Shown here: one piece after another, positions 27,501 to 39,500 of the stretch
Layout of the letters: each line of letters begins with the position of its first letter
Position numbering within the stretch: position 1 is the stretch's first letter
DNA from: Trichoplax adhaerens
Taxonomy: Eukaryota; Animalia; Placozoa
Length of the DNA: 64,000 nucleotides
NCBI RefSeq assembly: GCF_000150275.1
Contig: NW_002060964.1
Location: forward strand, 858,975 to 922,974
Direction: 5' to 3'
Notes under the pieces: generated by a model
Told to the model about the DNA's origin: nothing
The model's database searches: none
The model's input: the letters and a program-made list of their open reading frames with translations, nothing else
Position numbers and translations under genes: made by a program

Positions 27501-29905
27501 TAATTAACACGGTGGATTTACGCTATAAGGCTATTAACGTTCGCGTTCTACTCGTTGGCATTGTTACCTGGTCACAGCAAGACCAAATTAACGTGACTGA
27601 TAGTGGAACTGCTACCCTAAGTCAATTTTCAGATTATGCTATTAAAACCTTACGATTAACAAATCCCTACGACAGTGCACAATTATTCACTGGTATCTTC
27701 CTTAAAAATGAAGCAGGTAAGAAAAATGACTGTATGACAGGTTACTCCATCGTATACCGTAAGTAGCAAGTCCTGACAAGCCAATATAAGCTTAAATGTT
27801 GATTAATTATCATGACCATTCTCAATATAGGCTTAAATATTGATTATCATTACCATTCTCAGGTATTGCCTATCTGTCTAGCATGTGCTATGGTAATTCC
27901 GTAGGTGTTATTGAGAATACTCTCAATATTCCCGCTGACACTATCGTCTCAGCGCATGAATTGGGCCACAACTTTGGCATGGATCATGACAACAGCCGCC
28001 ACTGCTCGTGCACATTCCAACCAGCCAATGCTACCAGTTGTATCATGGCTGCTATGGTCAGCCAGCCTTATGCGCAAACTTTTTCAAACTGCAGCGTCGC
28101 GGAAATGAAGAGTGGCCTTTCTCAAGGATTAGGATCATGTCTATGGAATATTCCAACTAAATTATTTACTAATCCAATATGCGGTAACGGTATACGAGAA
28201 ACCGGAGAAGAATGCGATTGTGGCTCACCAGCAGAATGTACAAGCAATTGCTGTAATGCCTCAACATGTAAATTGCATGCATCTGCTCAATGTGCAACTG
28301 GTCCTTGCTGTTCTAACTGTACATTTAAACAGAGATCGACACTTTGTCGTGCTGTAAGCAATGATTGCGATCTACCGGAATACTGTAGCGGAAATTCTGC
28401 TGAATGCCCAACTAATATATATAAGCAATCATCAACTAACTGTGGAAATAACACTGGATACTGCTATAAGGGGGCTTGCTTTACAGCCAACGCTCAATGT
28501 CGTCTGTTTTGGGGATCAACTGGAAGAGAAGCGGATAATTTATGCTGGAATATACTCAATACTCGAGGAAAGCCTGAAGGTTACTGCCAAAGAATTGCCA
28601 GTGGTCAGTATATTCCATGTGCCCCAGCTGATATTAAATGCGGAAAGCTGCAATGCGATTCTTCAACTAATTACCCACTTATTGCAATAATTGGCAACAT
28701 AACTATAATATCATTTACGCAGGTACAGTAATTTATAAAGTCATCCATAGTATTCGCCCAATAAATTTACTATGTACGAAAATCAATTCGCCAAACTAAA
28801 TTCCATATATAGCCTAATGTACGCTTCCAACTTTGAAATTAGGGAGCAGTAACATCATATTGTAAAAGCTTCACTGCCGATATAGGCGATAGCACTCAAG
28901 ACCCTGGATCAGTTTTAGATGGCACTAAATGCGGTAATCAAAAAATTTGCTTCAAGCAGCAATGCCGAAGCATCACGGCAGTATTAAACATTACACAATG
29001 TGATCCAGCTGACTGTTCCAATCATGGGGTAAGAATTATTTAACGATTCTAATTCATACTTTTATCAGCATAGCAAGTATTGGCAGGACTACACAAGAAA
29101 TACTTCACCCCGCCATATCCCTCTTTTGTATAGGGGATAAGGATAGTGCTGAAAAATTTCTTGAATGGTCCCTGGTGCCACTCAACATATTATACTGTAT
29201 CATCCGCACTATCATTACTCGGATATCACATCTGCTTCATTTCGCTGCTGCTGTATGTAGATATGCAATAATAAAGGACATTGCCACTGCGATTCTGGAT
29301 ATGCTCCTCCTAACTGCAGTAATCCTGGCAATGGAGGCAGTATAGATAGTCATGGAAATTCTACCGTTGCAACAGCTACAGGTAAAATTTGGAGAAGAAC
29401 CAGCTTGTCCTTGTATCTTGAAGCTATTTTCTTTTAAGTAGTTCTCAGTTATATTTATACACTAATTCACACGTCATTGTTCTAATTATCGTATACCCTA
29501 AAATGTGATATTATTGCCTTATAACATATTTGTATTTTATTTACGCTTCATCGCTCTTTGCCTGCGATTTATTTAAATCGACTAATGAATGAATCTACGT
29601 AATCGGATTTCAAAATATCATTGATTTGGTATGTTGTACTCACGAGCTGAAAGCATGCATTGGTTCCATTGAATTGGATTTAGCTACAGTAGCATCACAG
29701 ATTCAACTATATGTTAAATTTAATCCGCTTGTTTGTAGAATTATTTCTATTTTATTGATAAAAGTTTTTCTTCAAAATTTTCAATCTTATAGATCTCGTC
29801 GTTATATCTCCGTCAGCAACTACACCAAATGGTACAATACGAAATCAAGGCATTCAAAGCATTTATCTAACACTGCTGTGGTTTGCACTATTTCTGTTGA
29901 TTTAA
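24579..29905 (+). CDS. ADAM-family metalloprotease-disintegrin, copy 4 (divergent), predicted GPI-anchored
   Basis: Exons 24579-24953, 26709-27056, 27500-27716, 27863-28722, 28843-29028, 29261-29381, 29793-29905. Signal MKVFRAIALTLWWVMHLATIPSYA, RQRR/NV, HELGHNFGMDHD, CIMAA; ends DLVVISPSATTPNGTIRNQGIQSIYLTLLWFALFLLI*. Confidence 0.92.
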
Positions 29906-30149
29906 TACTTCTAAATCTGAAATTGTATACTACAGCGATAACAACTAGTGCTTTTATCCTCATTCCGATGAATTTGGAATCGGGCTAAAGTAATCACTTA
30001 AATATGTGTAGTACTGTGTAACAGTTTTATCCTAGCTTTGGTATATATTCATATCAAGTATTGTAGAAGTGCTAGATACCCCATGGATGTACTAGAGTTT
30101 CAAATAAAACAGTAAATTTAATAACTTTACTCAGTAACGATCTAGCTAC

Positions 30150-30429
30150 TACACAGTACACGGTATAAAGTTACTGAACCTCTGACAGGTCTACGACAAA
30201 TGGTAATACTATCTGTTAAATGAGCACATTATCGTAAACCGTCAGCAAAGCGACGGGAGTTTGCACTAGTATATTTTCAAACTTGCTAGACCCAAGCATT
30301 ACACAGTACACGGTATAAAGTTACTGAACCTCTGACAGGTCTACTGAGTACGACAAATGGTAATACTATCTGTTAAATGAGCACATTATCGTAAACCCTC
30401 AGCAAAGCGACGGGAGTTTGCACTAGTAT
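30150..30429. repeat. Direct tandem duplication, period 150 bp
   Basis: tacacagtacacggtataaag...gggagtttgcactagtat at 30150-30272 and 30300-30429. The second copy has a 7-bp insertion. Confidence 0.95.
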
Positions 30430-30834
30430 TCATTATTTATACGCATCATTGAATAAGCCATTTTCTCTTGCACCTCAATCACTGCAACAATAAAATTAAA
30501 AGTGTTAATGTTACAAGATGCAATACGGCTATTTCTTTCTTACTTTAGATCGATTGATCAATTACGCTATCATGATTGAGCTATGCTTTTAACGTAGCAT
30601 GAAACGATAAAATTGAACATTAATGAACTCTAATTATGTTAGTGGCGTTGAGAATAAGATTCATATGACCACATTATGAGAAAATTGTGTTCATATTAAT
30701 ACATTTGATTTCTTGATCTTTGTCGAAAAGGCACCATATTAACGTACTTCTGTCGATGCATTTATTACCTTATTACTATCGTAGATGACCTATTTTTTAT
30801 TTATGAGAGTACTCTATATAGACTAATAGCAGCG

Positions 30835-31382
30835 TGTAATGTAACTAGTATTGTGATTGTAGACTGTTAGCCATCTTTAGTATAATGTACGATAGATATT
30901 TATCCTAAGAGATATTTGGTAGCTATAACTATAGACTGTAGTGGTATAGACTCTATGCTAGAGTACAGATGGCTATATACAGTAAATTGTTGAGTTACTA
31001 ATAAGACTATAGGTAAAAATAGAACTGTAAATCATATTTCAGGATATGGTTAATTCATTGTACTTTGGCTGGTGTGAATAATGTCTGCGTAAGTACTGTA
31101 GTCGTATCCATATTGGATTAATGATGGTCCGCAGTAGAATAGTCTTACTAAGAATAATTTAACTATGTGTAATATAAGGTAAAAGGTTGCCATTCGGATT
31201 GTAGCTGCGAATGCTACGAAAAGTATAAAAGCATGCAACTTTAGATTATTTCAGTTAGTTCGTTGTAGAAGTCATTAGTAGTAGTATTCGGCTATAGTAG
31301 AACTGTGTGCAGTTAATCTTTGTATGAGATTCATTAAAGCCCTTATTTTTCTAAAATTTGGAATCTCGTGATTGGTATATAT
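30835..31382. repeat. Dispersed approximately 550-bp repeat, copy A (probable non-autonomous TE fragment)
   Basis: Highly similar to 60044-60589, same orientation. Both carry the same 62-aa - strand ORF. Confidence 0.9.
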
Positions 31383-31479
31383 ACTCAGCGGTATTTCGAT
31401 AACGATAACTTAAATTTTTAAACAATTCTTGATATATAACTAAAGTTTCCAAGCAGTATAAGATATACAACTAGTAACA

Positions 31480-32010
31480 TAATCAATAACTACGGAAAAG
31501 GGATAAATTAATAACCTTGCCCCATAAGAATAATGTCAATATATAATCGTCCAATATAGGATGAAAGGAAAGGTTGTACTACTCATCATAAGCATAAATT
31601 ATAATTATCAACACAACCCGCTGGTCTGGTAATACTTGTTGGTGCTTGAAACTTTTTAAAATATATAGAACCTTTGTTCTGCTAAGTAAAGGCACATTAT
31701 ATCTTTATTATCCAGCAATGTCTTATTCAGTTATAAATATCAGAAATCGTATAATAAAATGAGTTAGAGATCTACAGGAAAATGATGAAAGCCACCTGCT
31801 ACTCATGTACAATATTGGCCAAATTAAATATTTTGAAAGGAAGATAATAATTGTTACGTCAGAATATCCCATCGAGCAAGAAAATAACAGTAAAATAAAT
31901 GAAATCTCTGCAGCACCATTTAGGAAATAATAAATGATGATTGCTCTCCTTATTATTTTAGTAAAAGATTTGATAGATAGATAGTATATCCTTGTTGGTC
32001 TAATCATAGA
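31480..32010 (-). pseudogene. Possible degraded rhodopsin-type GPCR relic
   Basis: Broken frames give TM2-like SDVTIIIFL..., ECL1/TM3-like SRWLSSFSCRSLTHFIIRFLIFIT, then RYNV and TM4-like RVVLIIIIY..SSTTFPFILYW, with stops and frameshifts between them. Pattern recognition only. Confidence 0.3.
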
Positions 32011-33513
32011 AAATAGTCAATTACTCGATGATATCCCAGTGTGCTAAAAATAAATAGCTGTATCTCTATTATCGTCTACATCGAGCACGACTGAAAACAG
32101 TAGACGATGAATATTAAACAATACAGCCATCATCTGTATTTTCATGCTAACCAAAATGCTAAATGAGAGCCCTACCAACGTTCTGCATTTGTTTTAAATG
32201 CTTAACTGGGTTATATTATACTTTCTTTTAACGTATGCATGTAGTGAGCGAAAATGATTAAGAGGATATTACATATGAACCCTTAGGAAGTTACTATGAA
32301 ATGACAGGATACCTCTGTTAGGTTGATCAAGAAAAGAAAACCCAGTAACCCAGCGAGTTGCATCATCTTTCTATTCATTATTCATATTCAACATGATCTA
32401 AAATAGTAAACGCTTATTACTACGATACTAAATTATTGCCTTTAGTGAAATGATGTTCATAAGGGAAAAATTCTCTTTGTTATCCTAGATAATACAGAGC
32501 TTAGTTTGTCTTTCAAGATTATACCCTATCCCTCTATGATCAATTAACACTCACAAAAATCTGTCTTGATGGAACATTATAATTCATCGACTCTGCGAAT
32601 CTATCAATGTACCTAATCTTTAAACTTTAATGACAATCCATACTGATGTAATTAATAGTTAATGCCTTTCACTACGGCAACATTGGGCATTGATTAATAC
32701 TTATGTACACTCACAATTATTTATCTAGGACTTGATAATAAAATAAGGTTGAACAATGCTTCGGTGTTAACTTTTAGATAATATTTGTTATAAGCATCCG
32801 ACATAAACTATTGCCGTATTCAACTCATCCTCCATCAAACGAGTCATTAATGAATATATCGTCCAATTCTTTCATAAGATAAATCATTACTATTATCTCT
32901 GACTACAATAAAGTATCGAATTTACTATACTCCAAACTTCAGTCTAGAGGATAAAAATGGGCAAGACTAATTTTAAAAATTTTTTTCAATAACTTCAATA
33001 ATTTACTTTTGAATGGAACGACCTCATGGTGTTTTTAGTTTATCCTGATTTTCTTCTATACATTGGGTGTCGACGGACTCCAGCAGAGAGAAGAAGATGA
33101 AAAGGTCAATATCCGCCATGAAGAAAGAAAGAGTATCCGTACTGGATCATGTTTCCAATCATCATGTTTTATGATGATCGAGTCAGTCGCTAAATATAGC
33201 CTACCTATATCCCATAATAGGTTTAATTAACTAACAACGAACTCTCGAATCTGATTTCCCACTTGGATATCTGTAGTGCGGTCGTATTTTGAAGCTAATC
33301 ATTTATCAGTTGAATAATTTTTATGGTTCTTATCTGATTCCCCTAACTACTGAACTATTTTACAACTAGCCTCTCATATTCCTCTACATCGCTTTAGTAA
33401 GATATTTGCTTATCATTATTTGTAATTTGTTTTAAATAGTACATTTGAACTAAAGTAACTAATAAATTTTCCTCTATTCCCTGCTATTTGTTCCGCTATC
33501 TTAGATCATAACG

Positions 33514-36500
33514 ATGCAGATTGCGTCAAGAAATGAAATTCTTGTCTATGCGTATTTGATTGTGATCTTATCTAGCGCATTATGTACTTCAGCACAAACT
33601 TCTAGATTAACTAAAAAACAACAACATTATTTGCGATCTCAAGGTATAGTCAATTATTACGTCTTCGAACCGTACCTGGAAGAGAAAAACCAACCCATTA
33701 CATGGCCATTGACATCACCAAAATCGTCAATTACTCTTGATTTCTTTGGTTCTGAACTAACATTTGATCTGAAATTAAACGATGGTTTACTAAGCCGCCA
33801 TTTTCACCACACGTATCAGCAAGGCCAAGATAAGAAGCGTGTAGAAGGTTTATCGCGTCCATTTTGTTACTATCATGGTCAAATTAGACAAGCAGAACAT
33901 GTAAGTAAACCATTCACATTTATGCCATCTTGAATCATAATCTAAAACGTGGCTTACGTTAGCCATAATCACTAGTTCGTACATTGTTTCAGTCTTCAAA
34001 TCGCACGATGAAAATACGAACATTTTGTAGGACCAAATCAGTGGAATGACCAAATAAAATATAGCTACACTTACATACCTATATAAGGAATAATCGATCA
34101 ACACGATATTAAATTGAACATGTTAACAATGAATACATTTCATCCCCATCAGTTTAGCCTCAACTGAAAAAATAACTCATCAGAGCGATAAACAAGAATG
34201 GGATGTAAATAAATTCCTTGCATAACAGCATCCATATTGAATAGTTAAATAACATGTTATCGTAGAAGTAATAAATTCATCACTGTATCCATGCTAGGCA
34301 ATTAGGTACCGTACATACACTTTAGTCATTTTCCAATCGATTCATCATCAAGTTTCTCCAGTATCATGATAAAAATAAATAATCCTATACTTATGCTGAG
34401 TTATGCATCTGTATGATACTCGACATACAGTTGAGTAGCAATCCTAACAAGATCGAGTCTTATCCACATGTATATGAGAATCTACTGTACTGTGTACTGT
34501 ATACGTGCTGTATAGTCAAGAGTATTTAATGACTGGGACTGCAAAAAATATATTCACCACATACATACCATCCATAAATCATAATCGAACAACATAAATC
34601 TGCTTATCAGAGGGACTAAGTCACAGTTAGTAAAAAATCGAATAGTGACCCATTTCTGGAACTAGAAATTGAATTCCAATCACATCCGTGTTGTATGTTG
34701 ATAATCTTATCGCTACTGTAATTGATGGAAGCAATTTTCATTGGATCCATTTCCAACGATAAAGTTAATTAATGAATCTTAAACAAAACTGTTTTTCCAT
34801 ACCCGTACTAGGCAGTGGGGTATTTACTTACAAAATTACCCAGAATAACTACCGTACTATTCATGCATATCTTCATAAATTATAGTTAGACACGATTTTA
34901 TTAGCGATAAGAATTGCAAAGGAACAGGACTTGTTCATATGCATTTCTATACTTTTGACTCAACTAATTTCTCATCACGGCTTGGATAAGCAAAAGCAAG
35001 TTTTATTCATTGCATGTTTCCATACTGTAAGATCGAACGATAATTCATAACTAAGACTATAAATTGTAGTTAAACCTAATCAATGCAATTTTATACACGT
35101 CCAATGTATATAATATGTTTAGTGTAACATATATGATGCATAATCTAATAATTTCTTTCGACCGGAACGAAATAAATCTATATCATATACGCTTATACAA
35201 CCGATAAATAGCGAAATAATATCTTGTTTTTAGAACTGCTAGAGAAAGTTGGAAGTACATGCTGTATATTAACACTTCCAGTATTTAGAGGAAGTCTATG
35301 TTTGTATAGTAATACAAATGAGCCTTTATCGTATACTGCAATAGAAGAAGCATCCTTACAGATATCATTAAATTTGTTTTATATTTCTAAATCTATTTCT
35401 GTTTATTCCTTATTTATAAGACTCAAGATCATGTTGCTATAGCGGCATGTCGGGGATTAGAGGGAACATTCGAATATCGTGGAAAGAACTATGCAATTCT
35501 ACCTGTTGATAACCAAATTCATATCCTTTATCGCCAAGAGGATAGCCATGACAGTTTAAACGATTTTACTCGACAACATCGATGTGATTATGCTGTTGCA
35601 GAGGGGAATGATGATAGGCGTAAGATGATGCAAGAACAAAGGCAAGCCAGTCATCAACGCCGACGTCGTAATGCTCTTAACGAAACCAAATATTTGGAAT
35701 TAGTTTTAGTCAACGATAAGCGATCCTACGATTTATTTAATGGTAATTTGACAACACTGGAAAGTCATACTATTCAAGTAAGTACGATGATTTAATAACC
35801 TAATTATACAGTAAAACTAATTTCTCATACGTCTGGCTTACGCTTTTTGACCCCGATTACATTGCCTCCATGAATTAGAAAATCTGATCAATTTTGAATA
35901 GATTAGAACATTAAGTATGATTAGGTTACATATGAAAAATTTTGAGATTCTCCTCCCTTAATCATTTCTATTATCTTTCGAGCTAAAAAAATCAATTATA
36001 AACCCCTATCACTATGTACTTTAGTAAAATCACGATATTAGATATTTTTGATAAACACTCTTAACTGTAATCAATTATATCATAATTAGTATTCGGCTTT
36101 AAATCAAACCCGCAGCTTCGTACTATTTCATTGTTGATATGATGCGATAAATAATTTAATTACCGAACTTCAAATCATTTTTTATTCGGATTTTAAGGTA
36201 TACGCATAATCTAATAAAATCGAAGGCAATTACCCGAGTAAACAGCCTGAAATAAGACCGATTTATTGACAGAAAAGATGCATTCCTGTAAAACCAGTAT
36301 TGAAACTGATTTCTCATTAGCATAAGCCACAATGTGTTTCAAGTTTTTAAATTCTTGTTACATGCCTCTCAACACCATTATTAGAAATAATACCATAAGA
36401 ATGACTAAATTTACACAGTATAATAAGTCTTTAAAGGTCAAATAGTCATTGACGCCGACTAAAAGCTAATTCGAGCGCTACTATTCTATGATAACGCAAA

Positions 36501-39500
36501 CATCCTCATTTTAACAATTATCATCGCCAAAGGGTAGAAAGACTATTCTATCCCATTTGAATAGCTTTAAGTTAAGGCATATTCAATAGTGATGACTCAG
36601 ATAACATTGAGACGATAGTTATTGAAAAGGCTATCTTAAATGACAGTATCACTTATTATACCGTGAGAATTAATAAGAAACAAAATAATGCAAGGATAGA
36701 CGGTTTGGCGTAAACAATGCAAATTATTGTTATCTAAGTTCTTTCTTCAAGCATTTTAAGATTGATTTTCAGGTTGATTTTCAATTTTCGGTAAAGCACT
36801 CTATGCTCATTATTAAGTCAAGTCCAAAGGAAGTATAATTAGTGAACGTTGTAAATCTTTCATTGATGACAATGTCCGATTAAGCATTTGTCCTCGACTC
36901 AATAGGCTCCCAATTGTACGGAAAAGGATTTATTGATCTAATTAATAGATAATATAGAAGTCTGATGCCTAAATAATGCAATGTTCAAAGACAGTTCTTT
37001 AAATAACATATCAATTTATAATCTTAAATTGAAACGATTATGATTAATCTTTATCTCTTTTATTTTTACTGATTTATTTTACTCGCTAATGTAGCTATTA
37101 TAATTAATGAATAATTCTTCTAAACTTCTGGATAAGTTTAATATTATATAGTTACACTTTATTTATTGAACGTAGATATAGATTTGATCGTCTTATAAGA
37201 CTACTAAGGATGATAGCACTATTAATTTCAACTCAATATTACTCTAGATTGCTAATGGCGTTGATCTACGTTACAAAACCATTCAAATTCGTGTAGCATT
37301 AATTGGTATCGTTACATGGTCTGTGCAAGATCCAATTACAGTCACGGCAGACGCTTCGGCAACACTAACCAAGTTTGCTAATTATTCACGCCTAGTCTTA
37401 AAATCTATTCATGCTTATGATAGTGCTCAACTCTTGACTGGAATCAGTTTAACCGGAAAATCAGGTAAGTTTATTCTCGATACAATATTTGATAGTAGTA
37501 AACAACGGCAAAGAAATTTGATTTAATAGCCTTACCGAACCAGTTGAATACCGTATTCATCTAGTAATAAGTGCCATACTACTCAAACGACCACTGGTTC
37601 AGATCTGCTAAGGAATAGAATTATTTTTTCTAGCTGCACCGAGCTTCCAAGTTGCCAATAATATTAATTATAAGTGATCTCTCTTTCTACAGTCAACATT
37701 AATAGCAAATTCAGCATACACTTATAGTATAGTTTATGATAGAAAGCAACTGCAAATCTTCTTTTTACCCTAGTTCATGCTTTGATGTCTTCTCTGTTTT
37801 GCTGTATCGATCGATAACTTTTCAAACCACTGCCCAACGGAAAGGCAGACATATATTTTATGCAAATGTACGCTTATACGTGCTCGAGTCATGAAAAATT
37901 TCCGGTATCTTAGATCATCTTATTATCAGTTGATATTTTAACATCGGCGATATTTTGTTACTCTATTAAGTATTCAAGTCAATGTCAATTAAATTAAATA
38001 TAAAATAGCAAGGAAAGTACACGTTACAGGCTCTAGATAGCGAATCAATCGCCTATAGCTTTACTAAAATGCAAATTCTATCTTAACTAAAGCGCTTTTT
38101 TTTCATACATTTATATCTATTGCATCTTGCTTACGTAGCCAAACTTCTTAAGAAATTTGTGCCATATCGGATTTCACTATCTATCTCCTCACTCCTTTAA
38201 ATTATGATTTAATACCCAACCTATCTCCCCGCAATGCCTGTCACTTACATCAATATACTAATGAAATAAATGTATTCGGTTTCATGTATAATATAGTATT
38301 GATAGTTACATTAGAACTGATATAGCTAAATCAGCTATGACTAATGTATAGGTAGAAATAAAAATTTGAATTGCCAAAAGTAGCCAAAATGAAACAGTAT
38401 GCTATTTATTCTATCTAGGTCTAGCCTATGTCTCAACTATGTGCCTATCCAATGCAGTGGGTATTTCCCATAACTCCAAAAATGTTGATCAAGTTGCCGC
38501 TATCCTTTCTCATGAAATTGGGCACGTTTTCGGTATGAATCATGATACTGGACGAACTTGCACCTGTGTTTATAAACCTAGTAGTGCCAAGATATGCGTT
38601 ATGTCTAGTGTACTCTCGCAGCCCTATCCGCAATCATTTTCAAGTTGTAGTGTTGCAGATTTAAATAAGAGCCTACAGGAAGGATTAGGCTCCTGCTTAT
38701 TTAATCAACCTACAAAATTAGCAACAGCACCAAAATGTGGTAATGGATTCGTTGAAGTAGGAGAAGAATGCGATTGTGGCTCGGTAGCAGAATGTACTAA
38801 TCAATGTTGTAACGCCACAACGTGTAAACTCCGTGCTTCAGCAAAGTGTGCTTCAGGTCCTTGCTGTCATAATTGCCAGTATAAAGCAAAATCAATACTC
38901 TGTCGTGGAGCGATCAATGACTGTGATCTGCCAGAATATTGTAGTGGTAAGTCAGAATTATGTCCAGCTAATATGGTAAAACAAAATGCGCTACAATGCT
39001 CCAGAAATACTGGTTATTGCTATAATGGGGCATGCTTAACCATTGATGCACAATGTCGAACACTATGGGGACCACATAGTGCAGATGCAGCTAGTATTTG
39101 TTGGAATCGGCTTAATGTTATGGGAAATCAATATGGATATTGTAAGAGATCTAGTAGTGGAGCTTATACTGGTTGTAGTGCAGCCAATGTTCGTTGTGGT
39201 AAACTACATTGCTGGACTAATGCTTCAGCGCCAGTAATAGGTGCTACTTGGAGATTGGCAACAGTTACATTTACTCAGGTAGTGGAGAAGAAGATGTATT
39301 AGAATTAAATTTTATGTAATAAATTTAGCTACCTTGACCATTTCATATTAAAATTGAAAGTGATCAATTAAAACCATAACTAATCTATTTCTACTCTCAA
39401 TTGTAATTTAGGGAAGCGCTCAAATACCATGTAAGAGCATTTCAATCGATTTAGGTAATGATATTCCTGATCCAGGTATTGTCATCGATGGAACCAAATG

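Noticed and set aside
31050-31238. 62-aa ORF repeated at 60260-60448 as a conserved small protein
   Set aside because: It lies within a recent dispersed repeat, has a non-ATG start and no recognisable domain. DNA identity explains the conservation.
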